A stretch of DNA of 63,539 bases, filler included, from Gonapodya sp. JEL0774 (GCA_027604505.1; 31 parts of 31 records of this genome joined end to end with filler, not necessarily neighbours in it); one strand, 5' to 3'. Shown: positions 1 through 14,859, counted from the first letter of the whole stretch. A program made the numbers and translations. Notes: generated by a model not told the origin, from the letters alone.

Positions 1-1967
1 CAGCTTCATCCCAACAACGTAGGATTACCCACCTCAACAGAGCGACAACCGGGCAGTTCAGCTGCTCAAAATCCATTGTAGATTCCATTACTGAAACCTT
101 CAGTCTATGCGTGCCAACGATGTCCCAAACTGGATCGAATACAGGCGATGCCGCTAGGGAAACCCCGCGCCAATCAGTTTCCAGGAACTCTGAATCGGCG
201 GAGACAAGTCACCGGTCAGACAAGGAAGCAAGAATTCCGTTGTTTTCAGTCGTGTCGCCAGAGTAGCTTCGTGGTTGGGTTGTTGCTCCCGGCGTTCTTC
301 TCCAGAAAATCCCAGCGCTCAATCGTCGTTTGCTCTCAATTTGACCAGATTAGGTGTCTCCGAAAGTCAACCGCCAACTCGGCCAATCCGTGTCTGCAAC
401 CTCAATACAATCCAAAGAACGATGGATTCCGCCTCGTTAAATAAAATTATTCCACCCAGAGAGGCCAAAAATGGAGGGGCGTGGATATGCCTCAGTTCCG
501 GTCACGTGCACCGGAGCCGACACAACCAGCACCACAGACCCACTCTAAGACAGAATTTCCCGACAAGCGGTGTCGATATTTAAATCCGTGTTTTCCTTTG
601 ACTTTTGTGGATCATGCGAAACCAGGTTTGTAAGGGCAGTCCCACCAGCCCATCCGCCTGAAGGGCCTGAAACCTTGGGCATGAGTTTTCCATCACGACT
701 CGAATCCACCGCCAAATGTATTCGGCATTTTAGTTCCAATCACAATCTGGCTCTCGAATTCCGCTCGGTCACGCGAGGAGGTTCACAACGCCTCCGACAA
801 CACTCGGACAACGGAGAAGCTCGACACGAATCAGGTTGGGGGAGTCCAATCAGGCCATCAGGCAAGAATCCCACCTGAACAATCAATTGTTTGCTCAGCC
901 CAGCAATTTGCTTTGCTTCCGCCGAGACCCCGCAAACTCCACAGGTCATGCAGTAACCCGTGATCAGGCACCACTCCGGCGGTCACGGAACTCAACCCGC
1001 CAGATAATCCTCGCTCAACCCAATCCGCGCATCGTCCCAGTGACCCACCTCTGCTAATGCAATACCCGACTGAAGGTTTTGCTTAGGATCCGCGCGGACA
1101 CTGAGATCAAAAAGTGGGACCCTTCTCCGTTTGGAAGGAGTGTTGATTGGTTGATTGGCCACAATTTCGCGTGACCTCTGGCCCTGTCACGTTCCTGCCC
1201 CCGTCCTTTATGTCGCAAATAAAATGTTCTGTAGAAGAAAAATATTCTGTAGAAGAAAAATGGATCATCTACTTTATGTAATAATCGGAAGCAACGGGGA
1301 GGGGCAGCCAAGCGAGGTACATTTGATGTCGCGATAAAAGAAGTCGGTGAGTTTTGTTCTTCCCTTCTCCGCCTTGGGACCACAATCTACATACCACTCA
1401 CACGTAACGTAACGTGAAAATGTGAAAACACTCCGATGGAATGCTTTCCTTCAAGGACAATATTGCGTGATCCTCTGTGGGAAAAGAATAAATCACCATT
1501 CCCCGGAGATTCAAATTATTCCTTTCTTTGAGGCGCCCTGATCCAAAAAATCAACACGTGATCTACTGCGCCGGTTGTTCCGGCTCAATATTTAGACATT
1601 ATATTCGCATATGTATGGTGTGAGAACCGTTCATATCATTCACAGCCGTATCGGTGACTTGGACAGTGTTGCGTCTGGCACGTGCTCAGGTGGCAGGTTG
1701 GTCCCTGGATGGACTGCACCGGACCTCGCCGAACTTTGTCTATAGATATACGTGTCTGTCGCCAAAACGATGAGTGGTATAAAAACATGACATTTTTGAT
1801 GGTGGATGCGAAAACAGAATTTATAGCAGAATGTTCCGATGTATATATCTCAGTCGCAATTATCGATGGTCAAAACACAGTCATTTATGTACGAAATAGA
1901 CCTTATCAGATATCCATGCAAAACTGCGAGCGCTCGAGCGTGCTCGACCACCAATACCATCATCTCG

Positions 1968-2067
1968 NNNNNNNNNNNNNNNNNNNNNNNNNNNNNNNNN
2001 NNNNNNNNNNNTTAATTAATTAANNNNNNNNNNNNNNNNNNNNNNNNNNNNNNNNNNNNNNNNNNNN
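1968..2067. other. Artificial contig linker (first of 30; recurs about every 2.04-2.07 kb, last at 61501-61600)
   Basis: 44 N + TTAATTAATTAA (stops in all six frames) + 44 N, identical each time; flanking contigs shrink from 1967 to 1939 bp. Confidence 0.99.
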
Positions 2068-3149
2068 TCCGATAGCTGATGGTCCGTTCGTTCTTGCATT
2101 GTACTAGCCGGTGCGCCGGGAAAGGGCGAGTGCGTGGACGCCTGTAGAGCAAGCGTTAGTGACACTTAGCGATAATAGCGACACTGCTCTGATGTGCTCT
2201 GCTACAAGGGTTTCGTTCGACCTGGATGGGGTGTCCATTGGCGAGCCTAGGCATCCGTCCTTCGCAGGATGTACCCTCTCCGACCTTCAATCTTCTGTTT
2301 CTGCCAGAGCCAGGACAATTTTGCTCTCAAATGTGCATAGTGACCAGCCGTCACACCAGTTTTGGTCGAATCCCGGTTCCGATTCGTGCAGCTCGTCCAC
2401 ACGAAACATAGTTTCTTGGCCATATAGACGGCTCTGATAATCCCGCAAAAACAAAGTCCCATCTCTTCGAATCCTCTGGTGAGGAATCTCTCTTTAGCTC
2501 CTCGAATTCGATGCAGGGGGTGGTTTCGAGTGCCCCCTCCGACTCGGCTGCCCGTCCGTCATGAGAAACCCTGATTACTCACCAGGAGACGCTGGTACGA
2601 TTTCCCAATGATGATTTTAGGCAAGCTCACAGAATCAAGTTTCAAGCTCGGTTCAAGAAGCTTTGGTGTTTCGATTCGAAGCAACAGTGTGGGTGTCAGA
2701 GCTGTTTGTAAAGGCGCGAGTTTTGGTCATGCACCCTCAACGCAATTTCCCGGGACCACAACAAACATTCGGCCGCCTGAGCTCCATAGAAGCGCGTATA
2801 GAGGAAGAAAATCATCAGTAAGAGACCCGTTTAGACTCGGTTTTGAGTTCTCTACGCTATATACCGCCCTGATGCGTGGACAAGCGTAACATTGCACTCA
2901 CAAGTGGCCGGCTAAGTTGCCCGCTTCGCTGCTCCATGTTCGTTGGAGATCGGAAGTTTTGACCACCACTCGTTTATCTAAAATATACTGTACTAGTTGG
3001 CGCGACGCCTTTTAGATGTTGAAGCAACGGTGATGTCGACACGTGTCCCGATCGATTCAACGTCCCACCAGAAGGTGGTTATCACAACAACCACAGAGCA
3101 CGTGTACGTCGGAGCCAGATCCTCTACACAAGACCTCTCGACAGTATGT

Positions 3150-4034
3150 TTATTGTTTCTTTCGACTCCGCACTTCCTCCACAATCACCCTGGCGACAAG
3201 TTCTCCTACGGCATTGTGACCCTGTCTTGTTGGGTACACCCCATCTGCCTGCCACAGGTCCTTTCTTTTCGAAGCTGACAAGGATGTCAGTGGGAAGTTG
3301 CGGTCAAGATCTACGAGCCTCAACCGTGGGTGGAATCCAGTGCAGTATCCTCGGATCAGCTTGTTCAACTTCTCGCGGAGAGGTCTGATATCAGCATACT
3401 CGGGATCATCGGAGTTCTGCAAGATATGGATTATCGATAGGAGATGGAGATTCGGATCATGCTGGTTTTATGCTGCAATTGAAGATGGCTCTGCTCACCC
3501 CTATTTCTGGAAGTGTGCATCCAAAGACCCTCGTCTCCTCGCCATGAAGTAACGCCGTCTCCCAGAGTCCCTTGAGTTCTCGAAACAACTCCTCTGGCTT
3601 CTGCTGCCACTCCGTCAAGTCGTTCATCCCGCCCAAGACAATGACGTGGGAGTACTCCTTCTTCTCCTTCTCGGCTTTTGTGAGCGAAGATGTGATTCGA
3701 GTGCGAAACTTGCCGTCAGTGGGGTCGACGCAGTCACCAGATAGTGCGTTGATATCTGGATGGTAATATTGCCGGTCGATCCCACCGTCCGCGATGTGTC
3801 AACGACAATGCAACTCTCGCTTTGGAGGTCCGAAGACAAAATTCTCACCTACTCGAACCTTCCAGCCAAGCTCTTTGTATAGAATGTCCCGCATGTGGAT
3901 CGCGTAGGGGTGAGGGCTGACCGACAACGTCAGCAGTTTGCAGGGGAACATGAGAAGGCCGGGGATATTGTTGCGTGAAATACCCATGAACGTTAGTCCA
4001 ACCAGGAGTCGGAGCAACCGAATCCATCAGGAAA
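3150..4034 (-). CDS. SGNH/GDSL-like hydrolase, multi-exon, 5' partial
   Basis: Exons read HPYAIHMRDIL, INALSGDCVD (block II), VIVLGGMNDL (block III GxND) and ADGVYPTRQGH (block V); stop at 3150; block I not seen. Confidence 0.7.
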
Positions 4035-4134
4035 NNNNNNNNNNNNNNNNNNNNNNNNNNNNNNNNNNNNNNNNNNNNTTAATTAATTAANNNNNNNNNN
4101 NNNNNNNNNNNNNNNNNNNNNNNNNNNNNNNNNN

Positions 4135-6062
<1,928 letters not shown>

Positions 6063-6201
6063 GCTGCGTGCGGTGTGGGTTGTGAACCGAGACGGAGATG
6101 TNNNNNNNNNNNNNNNNNNNNNNNNNNNNNNNNNNNNNNNNNNNNTTAATTAATTAANNNNNNNNNNNNNNNNNNNNNNNNNNNNNNNNNNNNNNNNNNN
6201 N

Positions 6202-7289
6202 ACATACTGCATTTCAATAATAAAGGGTGAGGCATTATGGAAGGACAAAATGCCTTGCTTGAACATGACAGAGGATATCGTACCATCTCCTGTTTGTCAG
6301 AAGTCAGAATGGGTACAAGAGGAGCAGCAGTTGGAAGGTGCTTTTCCACTGTGCAAACAGGACACCTTTGGATGACAGAATTGACAAGGGGATACAACCC
6401 CTTGGTATAACCAGACTCTCTGAATTTGATGAAAGTCTGGGCAATTTTAGAGTGATTTCCTGCTTGCATAGAAAAGTGTGCGTGGAAAACAGCAGCTTTA
6501 ATCTGAATGAAGCAACTCTAGAGTACAATAATCTGTATGGGGTAGCTGGTAATCAAACATACCTCTAGCATGTCCATGAAGCATCTCCAACGTTTGCCTT
6601 CACGATCTAGGAAGAACAATTCGTTGCTGATAACAATGTAGTGTTGACGTGTCTGACAAAAAAACATTAAGAAAGCAAGGTCTCGATTCACTTCGAGGCA
6701 TCGAACGTACTTTTCTACGAAAATCCCTCCTCAGCGATTTGTTCTTTCCACCTGATAGACGGTCAGGCACTTGGTCTCAAACGATGAGATTCCATATGTC
6801 ATGTATTTCTGCCAGGTACTCCTTCGCAATACTCTTCTCGTGTGCAGTAAAGGTGATGTCTGATGGCGAATCCTTCAACAGTGATGTGCTTCGTGTTGGG
6901 ACACCTTCCCCACTGTCCTCTGAAATATCAGTGGCTGTGACAGAATCTGCTGCTGAGAACATATCCGAATCCTGAATGACAGATGATTTGTCCATCCCTT
7001 CAGGATCATCTATGTCCTTGACGATTGTTACCTCCCAATCTGTTCCACACTGAAATGTCTCTGTGGTCTCATCGCCAATAATACGATATTCAGATCCAAA
7101 TGGTACCACAAAATTTCCGCTCTCGTCCACCACATATAGAATCCCGGGATCTCTTGCGTCTTCGAGGACCGTGCCATCCAAAAGGTACTGTAACCGGAAA
7201 TCCTGACAAAGAACAAGGCACGATAGAGGACCATCCTCGTAGATAATTGAAAAGGAGGGAACAAAACTGCTGGTGATTTTGATGCCCAT
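6202..7289 (-). mobile_element. Ginger/Gin-like integrase-type transposase with spliceosomal introns, pseudogenised, 3' truncated
   Basis: Spliced (introns 6653-6710, 6503-6562, 6207-6283) reads ...RRDFRRK|TRQHYIVISNELFFL...|IKAAVFHAH...HSKIAQT...VNSVIQRCPVC...LVPILTSDKQEM|Y = integrase H2C2 zinc finger before an rve core; in-frame TGA at 6777-6779. Confidence 0.65.
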
Positions 7290-7439
7290 TGGTGTGAGGT
7301 CACTCGCGTGATTGTTCTGATCGCTGCTTACAAAGTTCCACAGACACAGAACACAAGCCATAACGTACCCAGAATTCACTGTCCATGTCATCATTAGCAA
7401 TAAAATATTAACAGTAAGCCCCAAGAAAAGGCACAAAAT

Positions 7440-8160
7440 GCGCACTATGACAGAGCGTATTGACTCGATACAATTGACTTCAAAGAAATCAGGCAAAACA
7501 TGCGCTCTGAGAGGGCCTATCGGTCCGATACGCTCTGTCAGAATGCATATTTGACTTGAGCGGCAGCGCAAAATTTGCATTCTAAAGGTGTGTATCGGGT
7601 CGATACGCCATGTCAATCTGCACGTTTGACTCCAATGCAACGGGGCAAGACAAGCACACTGAAAAGTGTAGAGCTGATATGTTCTGTCGGAATGCATTTT
7701 TTCCTCCAGAGGAAACGCATAAAATTCGCACTCTGAATGTGTGTATCGGGTCGATACGCCTTGCCAGAGTACACGTTTGAAGTGTAACCTAACCCACGAA
7801 ATGCGCACTCTGAAGGTGCGTATCGGGTCGATACACATTGACAGAGTGTACATTTGACTCGTGGGAAACGCAAGAAGTGCGCACTCTGAAGGTGCGTATC
7901 GGGTCGATACGCCTTGCCAGAGTGCACATTTGATTTGGGATAAAACCCACAAAATGTGCACTCTGAAGGTGCGTATCGGGTCGATACACATTGACAGAGT
8001 GCACATTTGACTCGTGGGAAACGCAAGAAGTGTGCACTCTGAAGGTGCGTATCGGGTCGATACGCCTTGCCAGAGTGCACATTTGATTTGGGATAAAACG
8101 CCAGAAATGTGCACTCTGAAGGTGCGTATCGGGTCGATACAGCTTGAAACAGTGCACTCC
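7440..8160. repeat. Tandem array of about 10 palindromic 76/77-bp units (153-bp higher-order dimer)
   Basis: Core GTATCGGGTCGATAC at 7592, 7743, 7820, 7896, 7973, 8049, 8126; degenerate copies near 7457, 7517, 7668; arms GTGCACTCTG...CAGAGTGCAC. Confidence 0.95.
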
Positions 8161-8267
8161 CGGACTGNNNNNNNNNNNNNNNNNNNNNNNNNNNNNNNNN
8201 NNNNNNNNNNNTTAATTAATTAANNNNNNNNNNNNNNNNNNNNNNNNNNNNNNNNNNNNNNNNNNNN

Positions 8268-9497
8268 GCAGCGATAAAATCGACACCTTGCTCGACACCA
8301 AACAAAATATCCTTTTCGTCCTTTTCCGTGATAGCAGGAAGGAGGACTTCCACCGCAGGCAAGTTCACACCCTTTGTGTCACCGAGGAGACCTAAAAAAA
8401 TGGGAGAAGATTAAAAAAAAAAAACACTTTCACAGGTGGACTCTTCAGCGCGACTCACCATCGTTTTCCACTCTCGTCGTCACCTCTCCGGTCGCTTTGT
8501 CCACTTTGAGCACTTCAAACCCAATGAGACCATCACCAACCAGAATGCGGTTCCCGGGGACCACACTTCCAGCGAGATTGTAGGTCGTCCAACCGCTTTT
8601 TTCGTCCACGAAGCGCGTTTTGTCGTTGTGGAAGGTAAAGATTTGGCCGGCGCTAAGTTGGAGTTCCACTGAAGGATTGGCGAGTTTGCCGGTACTGGTT
8701 GATTCAATGGTACAAACGATAGAGATTTAGAGATACGCAAGTCAACTTAGACAAGATCCCGGAACACACCGAATTTCTGGACCCTTCGTGTCCAGAAGAA
8801 TGGCCACATGCTTGGGTGTCTTGCGCTGGGCAAGATACGCTCGAATAGCCTTGATTGTCTTTAAGTGGAACTATTTTGCGCAGGTAAGATTAGCGTTGAG
8901 TTTCTTTTACGTGTGGAGGTTTGAGTGAGAACCCCAACTCACGGCATGGTCGCCGTGCGAGAAGTTCATCCGAACGACATTCATTCCAGCCTCCACCTGT
9001 TCCGAATCGATGTGCGGTATCGTGGGAGTGGGTGAGATCAGTATGGTTAGGAACGCGTTGACCAAACATACCAGCTTTCCAATGTTCTCGACGGTCTGTG
9101 TTTTGGGACCTGATCATGGAGACATTGTGGACCCTTCATCTAGAGAGATTTCAAAGTCACTGATTTACTCACCGATGGTGCAAACGATCTTGGTCTTGAT
9201 CAACACCGCGTGGTCTGGGATCAGTGGCCATCAAGGAGTCCCAGACACACAAAAAGAACTTCAAATCAATCTTATGTAAACATCTCGACGCCACTTACCA
9301 GACGTAACAAGATACCCCGAATCGTTCTCCTTGGAATCTTCCTTGGTACCGTCCAAGTGTTCGGGTAGGGAAATGTGCGGTGCCAACAAGGGGGAATTAC
9401 TGACGCCCATGGTTGCGAACGAAGGCGTACGGTACGAAGGAACCGCCGTGGCGAAGGTTGGTGCGGTGAGGAGGGGCTGTGGGATGTCTGTGGTCAT
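8268..9497 (-). CDS. Pyruvate kinase, N-terminal part, multi-exon; start codon uncertain
   Basis: [73 protein letters not shown]. Confidence 0.93.
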
Positions 9498-10331
9498 GGT
9501 ACTGTGCGAAAACGGTGATCGTGCGAGCTTGGGAGCTAAATTTCGAGACAAGCCGCGGTGATTGAACAACTTACGGTGGCTTTGAAGGAGAATATATCGT
9601 CGTTACTGAGGATTCGGCAGTATCGCGCTCTTGTTCTTCATCAGGTACCACACCAGTTTTGGTTGTGCCCAGGTCCGTCGCGGCGATTTGTTCGGTGGAG
9701 ATGGAAATCCAAAGAGAGTCAGCGATGGAATCAGCTACGCTCATATTCTCCGACTGGGCGCTATCCGGGAGATACTCGGTCCCGCCCAACACGACGGTTG
9801 TAGAGCTGGACGACTCGAAGATTTTTCTCCTCGCGAAACGGTCCAAGAGGTCCCTGACCCGCAAAAATGACCGTTTTCCCTTGAATCCGGTCGATTCTTC
9901 ACCGCCGCTTTGTTTTGACGAGCGGCGAGAGGATCGGTTCCTGAGCACGGACAGATTGATCCAACAGTTTGCGTTTGACCGTGAAGACATGAGCGCGTCC
10001 GCTTCAGTCATGGCGAGGTGATTTCCACGGAGGGAAATGTCGATCCGCTCACATGAATGCTTCGAGGAGAGAAACAGCGAGGCGAATACGGGATCTTACT
10101 GTTGGTGGAGGAGATGCCTCGGCTGATAAACGGGACGGTACGTTGTTTTGGGCAAAGCAACCTGCCATCCTCATCAGGGCTCACCGGCACCCACGTGGAA
10201 CCAAAACGACAGATACGAGAAAGTCGGCAGANNNNNNNNNNNNNNNNNNNNNNNNNNNNNNNNNNNNNNNNNNNNTTAATTAATTAANNNNNNNNNNNNN
10301 NNNNNNNNNNNNNNNNNNNNNNNNNNNNNNN

Positions 10332-10751
10332 GAGCTCGGCTGGGGAAAGTGATCGATTACGTTGCTCATAGCGGAACGGCTGATGCTGGGACAGAAGCTC
10401 GGTCTGACTCTGAGTTTGGAAGTGATCGGTGTACTGAACAAAGGGCAGTACATTAAGTTGAGCCCCGTGGAAAGAAGGCACGTCCGCAACGAGAGTGCGC
10501 GCAGTCGCTGGAGCCAGGGCCAGGAAGGTAGAAGAAGAAATAGCAGAGCCAGAAGCTTCTACACTCAAGGGCGCATGCTGGTCAGAAGCTCTGAGCTGAG
10601 AGAGTGAAACCGGGCCCAGCGAAGAAAGTCCTTGGATCGGTGGATGGGCGGAGAGTGGTTCTGGGTGAGAAAGCTCTTGCCTCGCGCGCTGTCTTGTCTG
10701 TCCCATTGGCGGCGACCCGAACAGCGGCAACTGCGAAGCTCTACCTGACAT
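10332..10751 (-). CDS. Possible 5' end of a low-complexity Ser/Pro/Gln-rich protein
   Basis: ATG-initiated frame open to the contig end; no recognisable domain. Confidence 0.3.
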
Positions 10752-11622
10752 ACTCAGATAGTTTCCTGAGCTCGTTTGCAGTTGGAGTAGCCCGCATGCA
10801 CAGACTGCGATTGTGTCATATTTTTTGTGAGATTGATCGCTGACGTCACCACTTCGCCACCATCTTTCGTGATTCTCTCATAACCTGCAGCAGACGTGCC
10901 GGATATTTAAACGTCGTTCCTTCGTTTCAGTGCTCTTCGGGTGAACAAGACGATTGGTTGAAGTCTACCGAAAACTTTCCTTGTTAGCAACCGGATGTGT
11001 TGAACCCGCAACTTCATCCCCAACTAGTATCGCTTTAGAATATTTGGGTGACGAGGTGATGCATCGTTTTTATGTTTACTCATTTCCCAGGATCGAGAAT
11101 GTTTGCAATGTGACAATGTTTTTTCTATGGTCTGTATTCACCTATGGGGGGCAGACAATCAAGTCCAGCGTACTCCACCGAGACCTACTCCTCATTTTCG
11201 CCCCAAGACTGTCGCTTCACTATTCTGCTCGGGTGTGGGATTGTCAGGTACATCAGGTACGCCCCTCACATGCTTCTCACACCCAGGGGCACATCGCGCA
11301 CTACCTGTCATGTCAGGTTATGTCTACACAGCAATGCGTAAGGAGCGACAAGGCATCTTCATCGGCGAGGGTTGTGATGGATGGTGTTCATTGTTGTTCC
11401 ACCCTCGGCGGCAGCCCTGTCTCCCTCCGACGAATCCTTACATCCTAATTGAGTAGTGGCGCGCAAATAAGAATGATCCCAATAAATGGCGGAACAGTAT
11501 TTGGCAATACCACATTCACTCTTTAAAGAACTGGGCTCCCCTCCTCGAACCGCTTCTGCAGTCATTCATAATTCCCAACACACAATCCGTTTTGCACACT
11601 CGATCTCAGTCGTCAACTTTCC

Positions 11623-12295
11623 ATGGCAGCCGAAAAAACTGAAATGAGCGTAGTCTGGCCGGCAGACGCAACGATCAGGATCGACACGTCCATCAGCACT
11701 GGAGTGAGTTCCATTAAACTTTCCCTGAAAGTGGATCTGCGATTGCATATAGGTCTCGTCGCATTTATTTACATCTCTGCTCCTCAGAATTGCACACCTG
11801 CAGGTCTATGGGGCTTTGCTATCGTTGTCTCCATGCTCGGCGCTTCCAATGCTGGTATCATCGGTGAGATTAATGAATTCACGGAGAGTTTACTGGAGTG
11901 TCTCTTACATATCTCACACTGAGACTGTCTCACTTAATCTCGTAGAGGGTGAATTTGGACCGGTCATTTGGAGTTACTTCTTGGTGATTGGCACATCCTT
12001 CTTGATCATGGCGTACCTTGAAATGTCGAGGGTGAGTCCCTGGCAACCCTCTCCATTTCCGCATTCGAATTTGCGTTAAGAAACTGCTTCCGTCTGTGAA
12101 CACAACACATAGGGAAACGTTCTCGCTGGAACAATTATGTTCACATACGGTCCATTCGGGATGGGTCTCGCTGTCTTCCAACTTCTCCTTGCGTCGGGAG
12201 CTATCAAAACTGGTGCGTGGATAGTCTCTTAGTTCGATTTTTCATCGAAACTTGACCGAAAGTGGTGCTTTTTGATCACTGTGCTCATCCACTTG
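11623..12295 (+). CDS. GPR1/FUN34/YaaH (Ato/SatP) acetate-transporter-family membrane protein, 3' partial
   Basis: TPAGLWGFAIVVSMLGASNAGII and AYLEMSR|GNVLAGTIMFTYGPFGWVS resemble the family patterns (NPxPLGLxGFA...NAG; ExxxGNxFxxTxFxxYGxFW). Confidence 0.55.
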
Positions 12296-12395
12296 NNNNN
12301 NNNNNNNNNNNNNNNNNNNNNNNNNNNNNNNNNNNNNNNTTAATTAATTAANNNNNNNNNNNNNNNNNNNNNNNNNNNNNNNNNNNNNNNNNNNN

Positions 12396-14355
12396 GTTGG
12401 TGAAGACCCAGAGAGCTGCATAGATCGAAAAGTGTCCTCGCATACTGTGTATATATTGCGACGGTTGCAGTATGCACGCTGGTACACCGGGGTGAGATGA
12501 GTGAACACAAACAAGGAGGGGGGCACACGTCTAACCACGTGCAACACTCACGAAATCCAGGATTTTCTGAATACAGTGCACGTAGAGCGCCAGCGACAGT
12601 GCCGTAGATCCCAGCGGTACGTCTGTGGTCGCCTCGATGGGCCACGACTCGTAGTCGAAAAACTGTTCCACGGTGGGTGCGGCAAGCAGAGACTCCGGTC
12701 GAGAAAGAAAGTTGAGCAGATTCATGGGAGTGCTGGAGTTGGATGGCGAGTCGTCAGACCAGATGGTTTCGTGGACCGGACTTGATATCGATATCATAGG
12801 AGCGGCCATGCGCGATGAGAGGAGTAGTTCCACAAACGGCACCTTGCTTCTTATACTCACAGTGGAACCATGGACAGCTCTTCGTATCCGATTTGCCCCG
12901 AAGAGTTTTGCCATGTCCCCACCATCCTATCCAGCCACCACACGAACCATGCGGTTCTTCTTGTTTCCTCGCCTGCCAGCCACACCTCCACGTTTTGTGT
13001 TCCGGTCGAGAGATTAGCATCCATATTTTCGAAGATAGAGGCCAATCGAAGTCCGGCAACGCAGCACTTTGCGCAGTCGTGGAACCAGCTCATGCGACCG
13101 ACGACCAAACTGCGTGGTGTTTCAGCGTGTTTAGAAACGTCAAAGCTTTATTGAGAGAATCAAGAGGCGTCGGTCAGACAGCTGTCCCCTTACCTGTCAG
13201 CTGCCAAATGGAACAACGCCATGACGACGTGCAGCGTGTGCTTCTGAGAAATCAGGTAAGGGAGAAGGCGGTCGGCGTACATTCCCATGACAATCTCTGC
13301 CTTTCCTCGCGCCGATAAGGGAAGGAATGACGTAGCTACAATGAGCATGCTATAATATCAACGGATGAGCCCGATGAGTGCTCGTCAAAATCATGGTGGA
13401 CTGAAACGACCCACCTGAGAACCAACGGTTTGTTCCTCGAATGTGCTGTCGTGGTATAAAACCGTCTGCGGCTCATAAACGGAAAGCTTTTCGTGAAGCG
13501 ATCAAAGTAGACGTTGATGAGGGCGGCGCGTTGTGCAGCGTCCGGGAGTGGTGGTAAGCCATCGAAGATGGACATTTCTACAGAGAGGGGACTCGGAGTA
13601 TATACAGGGGGAGATGGTGTACCGAGAATATCCGGAAATGCTGACAGATCTATTCGCATGCCGGATTGCAAGAGAGTGCGAAAGTCTGTCAAAGTTGGTG
13701 TGGGGAGGTAGCCTGCGGATGCGGGAACCGTGCTCATGTTCGCAACACCATCCGAAAATGCGTGACCTGGCTCAATGAGTGAATACGATAACGGATCAGT
13801 TGGATCGAGGGGAAAGTCTTGGAGAGTGCAGTTGTTGACGTAAGCCATCGGAGCACCCCCTCGGACCACCGAGAAGTCGGGTGATCCTGCATCCAGCGTC
13901 CCAAAATTCCAATCATCCTCTCCCAAATCCAATTTTATATTCGAAGTACTTGAAGGAAGCTCGATGGCTGGCTCCTGCTTCTCCTGTCGTCGCCGTCCGG
14001 TGTGCGCAGGTCGCTTCGCATTACTTCCTCGGACCGGCCTCTCAGCCGAGCTCCGAGCAGGTTTCTTATCGGATTCAGTCGGCGGAAGTCCCAGCAATGC
14101 TTCGAGTCGTCCAATTCGATCCGCAGCGCTGTGAGTGTGCGATGAAGTGTGGGGAACCGCGTATAAATTTGATTTACCGACGGCAACCACGGGGACCAAA
14201 GACCAGCAAGAATGCTGGCAGCAGGTCGCTCACCGTTCCTGAGTTTCCTTCGCCGTTCCTCTTCTTCTCTTTTCCCGGGGCTGGTCTGGTTTGCTGATCA
14301 TTGAAGTTTGGGCAACGAGTTTCGGAGTGTTCGGAGGCAACGTTTACTTGAACCC
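12396..14355 (-). CDS. Fungal-specific transcription factor (Fungal_trans middle homology region; probably Zn2Cys6 class), partial
   Basis: ADRIGRLEALL coiled coil, LINVYFDRFTKSFPFMSRRRF, EETRRTAWFVWWLDRMVG; the zinc cluster itself is not in the contig. Confidence 0.8.
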
Positions 14356-14859
14356 NNNNNNNNNNNNNNNNNNNNNNNNNNNNNNNNNNNNNNNNNNNNT
14401 TAATTAATTAANNNNNNNNNNNNNNNNNNNNNNNNNNNNNNNNNNNNNNNNNNNNATTGGCGGCTTCCAAAGCGCCGAGGCGATCGGAAAAGCACGGAGC
14501 TTCTACGCTGAATTTCAGCGGAGAGTTGATGAAGCGAAGTCATGGGCTGGCTCCAAGGGTTATTGTGGAATCACTGGGGACACGATCGCCGTTGTGAAGG
14601 TGGGTGGAAATCCCTCGATCCATGTGACCTTTTGACCATAAATTGATTTGGTTGTGTAGGTTATACACTATTATACTAGAATATCGAGGGGTCTTCATGG
14701 GAACTCGTCGGATGGTGGCAGGGGAACATTCAAGGTTCGTGATCAAGCTCAATACCCATCGTGTTTCTACCATTTTACAGTCTACAATTAAGCGACCACT
14801 TCCACTCTTTGGGCCGGTATTCACGGCTCCACACTACGTTAATTGCCGCAATCGTGGCT

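Noticed and set aside
1..1967. Short overlapping ORFs and an 18-bp tandem duplication near 1227-1261
   Set aside because: No motif or consistent exon chain recognised; left unannotated.
7290..8157. Cys-rich repeat protein (N-terminal part of ORF 6777-8114 and ORFs 7613-8080, 7789-8157)
   Set aside because: All three minus frames are open because the 153-bp repeat period is a multiple of 3 and stop-poor; the likely start is ATG 7289.
7440..8160. CRISPR array
   Set aside because: Linkers are short and alternate between two recurring types rather than being unique; no cas gene; eukaryotic context.
9571..10231. ORFs upstream of pyruvate kinase
   Set aside because: No recognisable domain; cannot tell whether they are extra pyruvate kinase exons, another gene or non-coding.
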